DNA of 62,954 nt, counting the filler, from Choristocarpus tenellus KU-1152 (taxonomy: Eukaryota; Protista; Phaeophyceae), in the NCBI GenBank assembly GCA_964200185.2. It is 12 parts of 12 records of this genome, joined end to end, with 100 filler letters (N's around TTAATTAATTAA, not from the genome) between each part and the next. Parts side by side here need not be neighbours in the genome. Positions count along the whole stretch, not along the records: positions 34,805 to 39,579 come from CAXNAD020013106.1; positions 39,680 to 44,340 come from CAXNAD020013574.1; positions 44,441 to 55,154 come from CAXNAD020002764.1; 9 more parts are not named here. One strand, 5' to 3'. Positions 39,090-52,069 of the stretch are shown here, one piece after another (within the stretch, counting starts at the first letter, position 1; each line of letters opens with the position of its first letter). The notes beneath the pieces are model-generated. The model was not told where the DNA came from. It saw only the letters and a program-made list of their open reading frames with translations, and did not search any database. Position numbers and translations under genes: made by a program.

Positions 39090-39385
39090 ACAGACTACGC
39101 ATTTTACTCTGGAGTACGATGTATTCGATTCAGGTTTCAACATATGTCAGCCAAGGAAATGTTTACAGTAAAGGATATACCCACACCACTACAACTTGCA
39201 GTCATCTTGACAAAAAGATTACGAAAGAAGCAGGTACAAGACTTCGTAGACACTATATTGACAAGATGAGTGCCGTGTGTGAGAGTTGAAGCAATCCGTG
39301 TTCCTTAACTTCTACTGTCATGGGGGAGTGTATAAAATAGGACAATGGTAAGGTGTGCCCTATTTTGCGTATGTGAGATAATGGC
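39090..39385 (+). mobile_element. Copia RNase H end, PPT and LTR start
   Basis: IPTPLQLAVILTKRL; GGGGGAG|TGTATAAAATAGGAC. Confidence 0.8.
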
Positions 39386-39400
39386 ATTTGATAGAGTCCA

Positions 39401-39571
39401 GGCTCAAAGTATGTGTGTGTGTGGGGGGGGGTGGCGGCTGTCCATTTGGAGTCATTTTTTCGTTGTCGCGATTTTTGGGTGATTTGGTTGCATAAGTCGG
39501 ATGGATAATGTAAGTGCACCTTTCCTGATTTTGACCCAAATAGACCCCCTGGTGTAGAGACCCCCCCCCCA
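39401..39571 (-). mobile_element. MITE family B copy (near contig end)
   Basis: Starts GGCTCAAAGTAT; reverse complement of 31245-31424. Confidence 0.9.
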
Positions 39572-39679
39572 AAGTTAATNNNNNNNNNNNNNNNNNNNNN
39601 NNNNNNNNNNNNNNNNNNNNNNNTTAATTAATTAANNNNNNNNNNNNNNNNNNNNNNNNNNNNNNNNNNNNNNNNNNNN

Positions 39680-39703
39680 CCCACCCCCCAGATACTTTGG
39701 GTC
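39680..39703 (-). mobile_element. MITE family B terminus
   Basis: CCCCCAGATACTTTGGGTC. Confidence 0.78.
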
Positions 39704-40608
39704 ATTATTAGCACAGCCTGACTAACTGCCTATGTCCATTGGGTACGATCATGCTTTTTTATGTATGGTGGTTGATGTCACTTTCCATCTGTCCTTGTTG
39801 CTACCTGATGACTGGGCTCCATGGGCCTCATCCAATTGACTTCCTTGTGAATGGAAGGCGGTGATTTCTAACACGAGTGGACCCTTGCAAAGAGAATGGC
39901 AATGCATGAAATGTGTGGCTCCTTTTGCAGTCCTCAATGGGGGCAAGATATTTTCCGTCTAAAGACTTTCGAAAATAGCTTTCTTGCTGTAACAGATCGT
40001 CTGATCAGAGTGCTCCTTCATCAATCATTCCACCTCTCATGGGTGATGATGTTTGTACCCAGGCCCTTCAAGTCTTTAACTTTCCTACACCTTTGTATCA
40101 AATTGATCCGAATCTATCCTGAACCCTGTGCTGCCGCACTTCTACACAAGCCAATCACAGCTGTCAATCACACTGCACTGGTAGCAGGGGGCTGGACCAC
40201 GGCCAGACAGCACACACACTAGAGGCAATGTTGACCTATTCCAATCTCTCTTACTTTGGCATTCTCCTTCCTACTGCATCCTTGCCCCCAAAAAGGCAGC
40301 CCAATTGCTTCACGCAGCTTGAAAGCCAATTCCTCCTATTTTTACAAGCTGTTACTCCTGTCTTCCGCTGCCACACAGCCCCCATTGTGCCTCTCCTATC
40401 ACCATCCCACTCAAGTAGTCAAACCACATACTGTGTAAGCCTCAAGAGCATTGATAATGTCCCTGAGTGTTCCCACATTTACACACCACCACGATACACT
40501 CACTACAGGACATGCCACTGTATACATGACAAGAAATATAGACAAGTGTGTCTGAAAGTCAGCTTTGTTGTGCATCCTGGCTTCTGAATCATCCACATTT
40601 TGTCTCGC

Positions 40609-40639
<31 letters not shown>

Positions 40640-41286
40640 GGCTCCTTAGTGTGACTCCAGTCTGCATTAGAGCTGAGGATGCCAAGCACAAACAATACAC
40701 CCCTTTGTCGCCTTATACACAACATCCAACCGCAAGGTAACACTTCTTCTGCCTCAAGAGCACCAACACAAAACGAAAATGCACTTTTGAACCTCTCGTC
40801 TAGAATGGAAATAATAGATAAAAAGGATGGGGAAAGCATCTCCTAAGAAAGGAACACTGTAGATGCGTCTCCCCATGCTACCCTTCTGAAATCAAGGCCA
40901 GTCCGCAACTGACACTGAACACTTGTCAATAGACTGGTTGGGGGAGGTAGAACACAGCAATCACGGCAAGCTCTGTGCTGCCACTACAGCCGGAGGAATA
41001 CCAATCCCTGCCACAGCCCCCCCAGAAGCATCCTTACGCTTGCTGAACATGTTGGGAGGAATTGATTGCTCTGTCTTCTCCAATACATATCCTGTCTGAC
41101 AAGACAGCACGAGTTAAGCACATGGAGCGAGAGAGTTAGGGCTAGGGGGAGAGAGATTGAGGGTCATTATTTTGACTGCACATCACCATTGTGTCTCAAA
41201 TGTAGTTCCTTGCAATGTGCATTAGCTAGTGAGTGGGGAGCAGAGTTCCTGTGATGTGAGAAACATACTGCGATGTGAGGAACACA

Positions 41287-43891
41287 TCACGCACATGCTC
41301 CGTTGCTATAAATTTTCGCTCTTTTCCCGCCCCCTGGTCCAAATTTGTCCTTCAGTTTAAACCCATGCATGATGCACCAGTGTTGACTGCCTCGTCTATT
41401 TACACATGTTGGTCTCACCCTTGTGAGGAGTCCCGCTGCTGTCCCGTCATCAATATTTGGACCCCCACTCTTGCTGCTCCGAGGCTGACCAAATGCTGCC
41501 CTGGCCTTGGGAGTAGAAGAAAAAGGAAGATTAGCAGGGACCAATGGAATATGTTGAGGAAGGAGCTCATGGTGGGAAAGATGCTGTGATGCCAGGGGTG
41601 CGTGTTGTGGGAGGGTTGGCATAGGCAAATGCTCCCCCCCCCCCCCCGAACCCATGCAGTGACCCGAAGGTGCAGTCATGACGTGTGTGAATGCAGACCG
41701 TTGCCGCGCAGGCTGGTCCACCCCCCCATTTTCCTCAATAGAACCATGGCCACCCCTACTTCCCATTCGTGTGTCATTTGACACCCTCCGTTTCTTAGGT
41801 GGCATTCGAGCCGGGGCAGAATGATACCCTTCTATTCCTGCCCGCACTGGGAGTGCTGGCGTTACCAGCCCCGCTGCCATAACGTAGGACGGTGGACACA
41901 AGGGCATGTCACCTGCTACTGGTGCTGCCGCCCCTGCCAACATCATTGCTGCTTCCCATCCTGCAGTTGCCGAACGCACCGCTGGCACTACTCCCCTAGG
42001 CTTCATGCCCATTGCCTTCCCAGGTTGTGGAGAGCATGCCCCGTGGGCCTGATTTGAGGTTGAAGAAGTGTTCATCGCTGAGCATTCTGCCTCTCCAAGT
42101 TGGAGGTTGGATGCCATTGCCCCGGTGTCCTCAAAAATCGACTGTGACTGCAGCATTGATCCGGTTGTAGACGCAGGGATGATGGCCTTATTAGGTGAAG
42201 GTTTCATCTCCGCTCCAAGGTGGGAGAAGCGTCGGTTTCTGACGGAAGTGGCCAGGAGGTGTTTGAAATCCATGACACAGACAAATGCATGCATGTGTTA
42301 GCATGGAAAAAGGAGTGAAAGTATCTTAGAGGGTGCGAGTTTTGCCCTGTTTGTCCGTTTGGGACTTGGCTTCCCACGGGTATTTCATGATGTTTTACCT
42401 ACTCCGAAATGTTTCGGAGTAGATAAAATGTATACTTTGTTAAGACGTGTGTCCGGAACAAGGATATTGACACTTCCTAATAAACATAATAGCCAAATTT
42501 ACATCAAAATCGCAACATTGGATTTTGGTCCCAAAATGGACGTAGCTCTACCCTCTAAGATACTTTGACTCAAGGGGGGGGATGGGGGGAAGAAAAGATG
42601 TTTGTTTTGGGAGGTAGACTTGACTGCAATTGTTGCAGAGTAGGTAAGGATATCGCACACCAACCATATGATCAAAAGAAAGAACTAGATGTGGATAGAA
42701 GGGGAAAGAAGTGGTTGCAACTGGAGTGCATCACCAAATATCTATGTAATGCTCATTCGCAATTCACTGTGCTGGCTACTCGCTATGGTTTTGGGGTTAG
42801 TCGTTCCGGTGTGAGGTTGAAGGGTTTATGTAGAAACGGATCTGAAGAAACCATTCATCAGAGATGACAGGTGACATCATTCATTGGTTAGGAGTGTGTA
42901 CTCCGCGTAGTGAAACTATGTAACCAAGTTCATCTTTATACAGTTGTTGCACTCAAGGTATATGTTAGGGTGCACACAAGTTGTTTCCAGCAGCTGGAAC
43001 AAGGAATTTACTCCAAGTACCATTTCAGTTGATGCACTCAAGTAAGAGGGTCCAAACGTTGGCACACCTGCCATCTGAGAGGGCATTTGGGGGGGCTTCT
43101 CTTTTCCTGGTGCCCACTGGTGTGCCTTTCCAAGGTCCCTTCTCTGGGTGATAGTGGCGCATCTCTTCCCACATCAATCCCTGGAGGCGGTTACGGTTCA
43201 GCTCCTCATCCTCAAAACCAAAGCTGAAGGTGAAGTCTGCGATGGGCTCATCATCTTCCACCTTCATCCAGAGGAAGGGAGAAGAGGAGGGGGGAAGCAG
43301 CTGGAGTGAACTTGAAGGCAAGGTTGGCAGAAGCGGATATAGTGAGATGGGAAACAGGAACTGGGAAAAATCGCTAGGCATTGGCTTCAGGGTAAGAGTA
43401 TGGTAGACATGATCACCTTCCTGCAATACTTGACATAATGAATAACGTAAGTGAATTTTTCCTGGTTATGGCCCAAATGGAAACCCTGGTGTAGACCCCC
43501 CCCCCCCACCAAGATACTTTGGGTCACTACTCACCACTATGTTGTAATGATGAAATCCTGTGGGAAGCTTGAGCTGTGGGGTGAGTGGAGGGGTAAATTC
43601 ATAGAGTGGGGTCCTACCAGGGACTACAGAGTCCTCTTTGTTCAACTAGGGCCCTACCACAGCCCACCAAATTAGCACAAACAAAAGCCTAGTTTCCCCC
43701 ATCCCCCAGCTCACGTGCAGACCGTGCATGAATGGATGTTTGATAGCCTCCTCCACAGGGATACGCCTCCCTGGATGAAATTCCAGCATCTTTTGGAGGA
43801 GATCGATGGCGTTCTCACTAATGTTGGATGGGAAGTGTTCCCTCAGTGGCACCTTAAGGTGGTCTGGAAGATTCATGATGAAACGTTTTGC
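41287..43891 (-). CDS. Mitogen-activated protein kinase, C-terminal exons 43891-43715, 43261-43068, 42238 to about 41287 (partial)
   Basis: AIDLLQKMLEFHPGRRIPVEEAIKHPFMHGLH|VEDDEPIADFTFSFGFEDEEL..LMWEEMRHYHP is kinase subdomain XI plus the MAPK CD/L16 region. GT-AG phases are consistent. Confidence 0.9.
42313..42571 (-). mobile_element. MITE family A full-length copy in a MAPK intron, TSD AAG
   Basis: AAG|GAGTGAAAG...TTTGACTC|AAG. Confidence 0.96.
43451..43525 (-). mobile_element. MITE family B partial copy in a MAPK intron
   Basis: CCAAATGGAAACCCTGGTGTAGA, poly-C, AAGATACTTTGGGTC. Confidence 0.82.
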
Positions 43892-44029
43892 CTGTATTCG
43901 GGGCAAAGGAAGATGTGTGTTCGTTGCAAGAGTGTGGGAGAACTAGTTACTGAAACTGAGTAAGTGCTCATCTATGCAAAATGGATTGGGTCTTAGGTTA
44001 CCCAGTTCAGCACAAGGTGCTCAGTTGTT

Positions 44030-44297
44030 GGTCTATAGTATCCTAGAGGAGGGGGGGTTGACCAGGTCCCTTATTCAAGACTTGATGAGCTGTAATAAAA
44101 ATACCCTAGTTCAATGCCAGTTTTGCAGATAATTTTCTTCAGACTTGTTCCAGGCAGGGGAGTGGAAAAGGAAGGTGCGTTCAGATCAAAGAAATGCCAT
44201 TTCATCTGACAAATGCACTCATATGACAAGAAAATCACTACAGGGTCAACAAGGCCCCAAATAGACACCTGACATCCCCTCCAGGATACTATATACC
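44030..44297 (+). mobile_element. MITE family D full-length copy (268 bp), TSD TGTT
   Basis: TGTT|GGTCTATAGTATCCTAGAGG ... CCTCCAGGATACTATATACC|TGTT. Confidence 0.88.
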
Positions 44298-44301
44298 TGT
44301 T

Positions 44302-44340
44302 GAGCCAAAGTATCTTAGAGGGTAGAGCCGCGTCCATTTG
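44302..44340 (+). mobile_element. MITE family A left end (cut by contig end)
   Basis: GAGCCAAAGTATCTTAGAGGGTAGAGCCGCGTCCATTTG. Confidence 0.9.
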
Positions 44341-44440
44341 NNNNNNNNNNNNNNNNNNNNNNNNNNNNNNNNNNNNNNNNNNNNTTAATTAATTAANNNN
44401 NNNNNNNNNNNNNNNNNNNNNNNNNNNNNNNNNNNNNNNN

Positions 44441-44620
44441 GGGGGGGAAGTGACAACGGAGGCGGAGGAGACGATCGTAGGACCCGAAAGGTTGATGTGA
44501 ATTGGGATGATGATGACGATGAAGATGAGGATGAGGACAGCATGGACCTTGAGACTGTTCAGGAGGTTGGTCAGGGTGTTCGGAGGAAAAAGAATGAATT
44601 CCGGTGCTGGCCTGCAGGAG
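44441..44620 (+). CDS. Partial host exon, acidic low-complexity, unknown protein
   Basis: Open frame RKVDVNWDDDDDEDEDEDSMDLETVQEV...WPAG ending at a G|GTGGGT donor. Confidence 0.5.
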
Positions 44621-47600
44621 GTGGGTTGCGGTTGAGCTTAGGGGGTTAGGATTGGGATTGGGGTAGGGCTAGGGCTAGGGCTAGGGCTAGGGCTAGGGAC
44701 ACTATGGATTGGTTTTTGGTTTTGATGTTTTGGTGATTGGCTATGAAATATGTACGTACAAGTGTAGGTTTTGTTGGGTTGTGCTGACTGCTCCGGGAAA
44801 TCTCTGTTTTTTTAACCTGTGTGTGTGTTTGTAGAGTACAATGAATGATTTGAAATGTGCAGCCATTATGTACTGTCGAACGATAGCTAACCCCTTTTTA
44901 TTTTTTTATGGAGGTGTATTGGGATGTGTAATATTTTTGAGTGATGAGATAATTGTTCATCTATTAACTCTTAGTACAACATTTTATTTCTGGTCTACTT
45001 TCCAAGGTCTTAGGGTTAGGGTTAGGGTTAGAATATGGGTTTACTTCATCATCACGCCATTTAATGACCCTCAAAATTGTACGCCTAGCAAGCGTTGGGA
45101 AGACCAACACAATGTTTTTCAGTGGCTATTCATGTATCAATAACCTGTAGTTCAAAGTATAGATCAGAGAGGAGAAGAAGCAAGGCGCTAGTATTGACCC
45201 AAGTTCCCATATCATAAGGGAAACTGGGAAGAGTTTAACATACATCTTTTCTTGGTCATTCTGTGATCCAAGCAAGAGTGTTCTTGAAAAGTTATGTCGT
45301 ATGTACTTCGCCGTGTCTGCCCTGACAAGAAGTATGTGGAATGTCTGGGACAATGTTTCGTAGTAGTGATGCAATGTGAGAGACTTTCCATCCCGTGTGC
45401 GGCTGGCTCATTGTACTCTATTTGTTCTGTGTATCCTAATGCCCCCATGCTTTGCTTAAATGCGCTTGTGTGTAGGAGGTGATGATATCTGGAGTGCCCT
45501 GGGAAACTCTGTCAAGGCTATGTTCACACCGCCTTGATTTGTACAAGGGAAAGGTTCGTGCCTGAAGCACTAAGAAGAAAAGGGTATGTGCTCAAGGAGA
45601 GTGTTCCTGTTTCCATCCGCCCCTTCCCCTCTTGAAGGATGCCTTTCCCACTGACAAGACCCAGGCAATATGCTGAGACGCTCCACGTCACCAACCTAGG
45701 GGCTGAGGGTGGGAGGGAAGGGATCGCACTTTTTAGCAACCATATCTGCAGTTGACTGAGGCCTGACCAAGCTCGAGGTCAGGAGGTTGCAGCTTGCTAG
45801 GTTTTTGGTGCTTGTTGAATGTGGCTTGAGTCTGGCCCCTTTTTCGATCTGGTGTGTGTTGAACCTGGAGGGAGAGTCAGGCGAAATAAATTTTCATTTT
45901 TTGTATTTCGAATCTCCATGATCTTTTCGAGCCTTTTTTTTTCTTTTTTCTTTTGTTTTGTTTTGCGTGGGGCAGGAAGTAAGTCAAGCACCGCAGTTAG
46001 TTTGGTGACATGTTTGGTTTTCCTATGACTTGGTATGGCCGTCGCGTGCAATCTCCACACCTTTGCTTCCTGGAACTAACTGTCTTTCTTCTTATTTTTA
46101 TAGATGTCCTTTTTTTTTCTGAGTCGTGATGCTGGTGGTGGTCCCTGCATGGCGATGATGTATCTGGCTGGCGTTATTAGGCCTTGATATTTTTTAGTGT
46201 GTTTGTTACCTGACAATCGATTTGTCTGTTAAGGGGTTTCCACTTGGCAGGGTTCGTTGTTGCTCTCCCACTCAAAATTGTCGCTATCCTGTATGAGATG
46301 TGTCTCCTGTGAAATGATCTTTAGTGTAGAAGTGAAGATCCGTTATCCTAAAAGTTGTATTCCGATCCTCCTCTGTTTTTTTTCTGTTAGTTCTGTCTTG
46401 AGATGGTAGAAGGCGTTGCCACTCTTTTGGTGTGCTTGTCGGAAAGGCATTGTGTTGGCAGATTGGTGCTGGTTGTTATGCACTACTGTTGCAGTGGTCT
46501 TCTCTCGCCCCCCACCCCCACCCCCACCCCCTGATTTGGTCCTCTACCCCTACTTCGTAAGAAGATTCGTGTTGTGAGCACATTTTACTGGAGGGGGAGA
46601 TAGTTGACAAGGTTGAAGTGTTGTGTGTTGGAAGAGAGTCCTTGTGGATGATTCAGGTGTAGTACATTGTGATGCGGTACTTGACTAGGTTCACTTAGTG
46701 GAGTGAGTGCTCTCCTTTGAACAGGCCGGTTAATTGCACATACCAGCAAGGGTTGTTGGGAAATGGAGGCAGGAGGAATGATTGGTGGGATGCAGTACCA
46801 GTGATGGACCGATTGATTGGTTTGTTTTAGAACTGAGATTTAGAACGGAGATCAGTGCAGCAAGCAGTGAAAAGGATGCATGAACCGATGCTGTTGAAGT
46901 AGTCCCTTTGGTGGGTGGTCTGGCTGACTATGTCATGTTTCTAGAGAGGGGAGGCGATTAGTGATCATCAACATGCATATATAGTGCCAATTGGACCTGA
47001 GAAATGCACAATGGGAATGGCTGCACCAGGGTGTTGATGAGGAGTGGTACTACACAATAGTACTGAGGATTCACCTTTGCCTATCATTTACATTTGTTGT
47101 TCATGGAGTGAGCAATACTGTGTGGGTTTTGCTGTGAGTGCAGCACGATCTGTGTTACCAAGCCTGATACAGGCTATCGTGAATTGATTGAGAGAGTTTT
47201 TTAATTGTAATCCCATGTAACAACATCAACACCAATCTTTCTTTTTTATGTCAGCTGAATTTTTGTGGTATGATACAAAGGATGTTGGAGAAACATTGAC
47301 TGTGTTTGTATCAATTGGACTCGTGTCACTAATTTTAGTAGTTGCTATATATATTTTTTGTCTTATTTTATTTATGTGCCGTCTGTTTGTTGTCTGTGAT
47401 GCGATTGATTGGTTGTTGTACAAGCATCTTTTCTTGTGTTGAGCTATGGCCATTATTATTTTTAAATTGTGGATTCATATGTTCTATGCCCGCTGCTGGT
47501 CTGGTTACTCTGGGTTATTTTTTTATTTTGTCACTCATATTTTTTTGGTCGTTGGTGTGCTGTGAAAAAAATATGTTCCCTTGTCACCAATGTAACAGTA

Positions 47601-50069
47601 ACAATAATAATAATGCATGTGCCAGGTAGGGTAATTAAAACAGTGTAAATCATGAATATATATTCATGTAGTTATTTTTGTTTTGTTTAAGGCCTCTCGA
47701 ACGTTTTGGATAATGTGCCTCTGTTGTTTAAGGGGTGTGTCGATCTGAAAGAGTAACACCCTTCGGAGGGGTTAGAGCGTGCGTGCCGAGAACGATACGC
47801 TTAATCACCGAACAAGACACGATTTTCGGAACAATTAATGCTGGAGATTTTGAAGAGGGAAATATTGTAATATTGTGATCGAGGTTACTACTGCCACTGT
47901 GGTACCCACTATGTATACCTTGTAGGATATACCCTTTTCTTGCTCTTCTTCGAACCCTTTGGTTCTGATTTTTGATGGAAATTAAGGTCAAAAGTGTGTG
48001 CATGGCATTATATATATTTTAACTTAGATTGCGCTTGGAGTGGTGATTAAAATAATTCTTTCTTGGGGTCTTATCACAACTTGTAAATGGTTACGTAGTG
48101 CTGTATAATATGGTGAGGAAGACCGCCATGGTCACATGAAGGGCCTTCTGTGTAGGTGTGAGGAGTGGAGCTATCCTAGCCTTGGCAGGAGCACTACATA
48201 GTACTATTTTGCGCTCCTAGTAGTACTCCTGAGCAGGGCAGCTCAAAACGCTCATACTCTGGTCTTATTTTAGTACTCTTCCACTTCCGAAGCAAGTTAT
48301 TCATGTCGACTACTACTTTCTAATATTGTGTAGTGCTACTATAGATAGTACAATATGATGGGTGGATTAATAGTATTCATATATATGTTATGTGTTGTAC
48401 TAGGAGTTGATGTTACGGGGTTTCTTGAACATCATATGGTGGGAAAAGGATCAGAAGAGGGTGGAGTGCAAGTCTGAAGCTGGTGGCAGCACTATGTCCT
48501 GGCAATGAATTGCCTGGCGAAGTATACAATGTTGTGTGGGATAGATAGGGAGGATCTGACTGATCCTAATTTTAGATGAATGGAGTTTTCCTCTCTCTCG
48601 TTTCGGATTTTGAAACGGAAACAGTTCTTCTCAAGAAAAGGCGAGATCAAGCCTGTTCACCAACCGTGCCGTCAAAGCGTTTTCTTGACAACTTTCTTGA
48701 CTCTTAAGATTTACTGGACCACTTCCCGACAGCACACAACAACAAAAAAACGCTTCCTGCGCCATCCATCCCTTCAGTACTTCACAAAAAAGTGTCGGAC
48801 TCTGGATAGGAAGGCGTTGGGGGGGGGGAGTCTGATAGGTAGGCTACAACTATCCACGGGTTTGTGTTCAGTAAGATCTACCAATCGATATATAATTCAT
48901 CAATTCATTAGATTAGGGACTATCCTGACCGGCGGACAGGTGATTTCTCAACACATACTACTTTTCATACCAATAACTGCAACTATCTATTGCACTGTCT
49001 ATTGGCAGTCCCTCCAGTCAAGCTCTGGGTTTCGTGCGTTAGACTTTGCGATACGATCGCTTGTTGTTTTTCGCTTCCTTAGGAATCTTCTCGTGCTGGA
49101 TCCCTGCTTTGTTTGGTGTTGCTTGGAGATCAATTTCGACACCTTGTTTTGGGGTTTCCACGCCGTTTGTGGTGTGATGACAGGTAGGATAGTAGTGGAG
49201 GAGATGTACAACCCGCAGTTCTTGCCATGTGGACTTTGGATCATAGAAAAAGGACTTTCCTGAAACAGAAATCTGAGGTGGAGGGAATTCGAACCTGGTT
49301 GATTTATGTGAAGAACACTGTACGTTGAGTGCTGAGTGAGATAAAAGGATACTCGTATGAATATTATGCAGATTCGAACCTGTTCGATGTTGCACTTCTT
49401 ATCAAGGAAATTTGGTTTGGATGGACATGTGGCAGTCACTGCACAGGAGGAAACTTACACCCTACCTGTACCCTCCTGTCCGTTGCTGAACCACAGAAAA
49501 GAAGTGGAAGAATGAGACGATTTGGTGTCAAGGCTTCTCTAATCCCGTAAGTCGACGAGTTCTCCATATGGTTGCGAGGGAGGAGGCAGAGCGACAACTG
49601 GTGAGATGGCTGAACACATTGTGTGAGAAGAAAGTAAACCACACAATGGATAGTGCAGTCAGTCGTAGTTTAGGAGTTACTCCATAATAGTGTGAAATAG
49701 TGCAGTATTTAGCTCTGACCACAGGTCAGGGCTAGCTAGGTAGGGGACGAAAGTCCCTACATACAGCAGTCCCAGAGTAGAGGGCGAACAAAAAGTGGAC
49801 GAAAAAAGTCCTGATCATTTTCTACCCTCCAGCAGGAGAATCCAACAGAACTTTCTTTTCCCCCTCACCTCCTCCCCACTACAGTGTTGCTATGCCGCCT
49901 GTTGTGTGAGATCAAAATTCTAAGTCATCAATCATGAAAACTTTCTCGGATGGTACCTTGTGTGTTCGAGGTTTCTTCCCTCATGAGACATCAACAAGCC
50001 TTCTTGATATTAACGTAGTTGCTATAATTTTAACAGGAGGATGGAATATTCAGTCGTGAATCACATTCT

Positions 50070-50290
50070 CAGTCAAGAGTTAATGAGAGGTACCCAAAAA
50101 GTTGCATATTCAGGATGACGACCATATATATGCAAAATTCGGATTTTTTTGTTTACAAGTGTGCGAAGAGTATTTTCTGAATTGTGTTGGAAAACTTCAA
50201 ACAACAGAGAAATAAATGCTCTCAAGTCAAACTTAGAACTTTGTACATGGAAATATGGGTGAATAGAAAGAGATTGAAAAACAAACTTGT
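50070..50290 (+). mobile_element. MITE family C diverged partial copy
   Basis: CAGTCAAGAGTTAATGAGAGGTACCC...TTTTCTGAATTGTGT...CTCTCAAGTCAAACTTAGAA. Confidence 0.7.
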
Positions 50291-50885
50291 AAGTTTACTA
50301 AGTTGAAAAGACAATCTTATTGATACGATCATCATACATACGATGTTGACATTTCGTGAAGCAATATTTTGTCTTCTCATTTAAAGAATAGCTTTCATAG
50401 ACAAGCCCAACAATGAATAAAAGAATGTCCAGATCCTTATTTCGTTGTAGCTGATTCTTGTTTTGAAATGGGTCTAGGACTGCCTGGATTTGAGTTTGGT
50501 TGCATATATATTCTGTGGAGTATACATGTTAACTAGTCAACTCTTGATGGTCAGTGCCGCTAAATTTCAAGGTAGTTCCATAGCAAGTCGATGGCATTAT
50601 TGTTGTCGCTACCCCAGAATGAAGACTCCATCCAGCGCCTTAAATCAGTTGTGGTTACCAGTTCTTTGTCAGTGAAACAGTATATTACCGTGTGAAGGAC
50701 TATTTATATGAAAACCATTACCTGTTCTTTGTCGCACACTCTAGGCTGAGTTAAGTATTTCATGCAAGTCTTAGCACCTCCTGTTCTCGAACGAGTCTCG
50801 CCTCTCGGGTGGGAAAAATATGTTCTGACCATTCCAACTATATTTAACCTTGATATGGTTCTACATTCATGCGTCTGTGCAATGA

Positions 50886-51090
50886 GGGTCATAGTATCCT
50901 AGAGGGGGGGGTGTGTTTAGCCCAAGCTGTCCATTCGGGGCTTCATGAGGTGTTGTAAGATACCCCAGTTTGATGACCGTTTTGTGAATGATGTTCCTTC
51001 AAACTTGGTTCAGGCAAGGAAATGGAAAAAAGGAAGGTGCGCTCAGATGAAGAAAATTGCCCTTACATCTGACACAGTCAAGTTGGTATT
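50886..51090 (+). mobile_element. MITE family D partial copy
   Basis: GGGTCATAGTATCCTAGAGGGG plus interior homologous to 44070-44215. Confidence 0.78.
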
Positions 51091-51817
51091 CATAACACAA
51101 ATAAACATAGAACAATATCAAGGCTAGAGCTGCAATAGTAAGTCACAAAAATTGTTTAAGCCATGAGGCTAGATTGTTAGTTGGGGGTACTAAAGGTGTC
51201 CGCGTAAGGCGCCAATCAGAAGGTGGGCAATTGATCCTAACTTACAGGGTGGTGATGTGCCGATAGTGGGGCCACATCACTCTTGAGGCGCTTGACGAGG
51301 GTGTTGTTATCCAATAGCAGATGTGATTTTGCATCATTGCGAAAGGTTTGGGACCGGTTGGTTATAGCTTGGGGCTTCAGCCCTTGACAAGCACACCAAC
51401 ACAAAATAAGCCTTCTTGTGGCATGGGAAATCCTATGCATGGGGGGATAGAGGTAGGGATACATCAGTGAGCTTGTGCAACATCTGCTCAAGGCACCTAT
51501 GGAAGCTTTACTGTCATTCTTGGCCAACGATACACTGAGATAACAATTTATTGTGAAACCACAACAAGTCACACAATTTCTAGTTAACGAAGTGTGCCAG
51601 TGGATTACTAATGCCCTAACACTTGGGACATGAAATGTACGATGCTCACCTAGTAGTTCCCCGCTGTTAATCATTTGGAAACTTGCTCCTCAGCCAGGAG
51701 GGTTCCCTGTTAGAATTTGCGCATATATATGGACCTAGCCCCCATGTTGCAGAGAAGACATCCACAACAAATTGAGTGAAGTCATCATCACAGTGTTTGG
51801 GCTTTGCATGTTGTTTA

Positions 51818-52069
51818 GAGTCAAAGTATATTAGAGGGTAGTGTCGCGTCCATTTGGAGACCAAAATCCAATGTTGGAATTTTGATGTAATTTAGGCTAT
51901 CATGTTTGTTAGGAGATGTCAATATCCTTGTTCTGGACACACCTTTCATAGCGTATACATTTTACCTACTCCGAAACATTTTTGAGTAGGTAAAGTGTCA
52001 TTAAAAACCCATGGTAAGCCAAGTCCCAGATGGACAAACAGTGCAAAACTCGTACCCTCTAAGTTACTT
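51818..52069 (+). mobile_element. MITE family A copy with a damaged right tip
   Basis: Full interior; the last ~6 nt of the TIR are replaced by TTGTTTACC repeats. Confidence 0.92.

Noticed and set aside
48580-49439. Overlapping 118-227 aa ORFs
   Set aside because: No recognisable motifs or splice logic, so they cannot be supported as coding.
49738-49760. RNase MRP or hammerhead ribozyme (GAAAGTCCC)
   Set aside because: No downstream GGGGCT pairing segment and no CTGANGA core in the required position.
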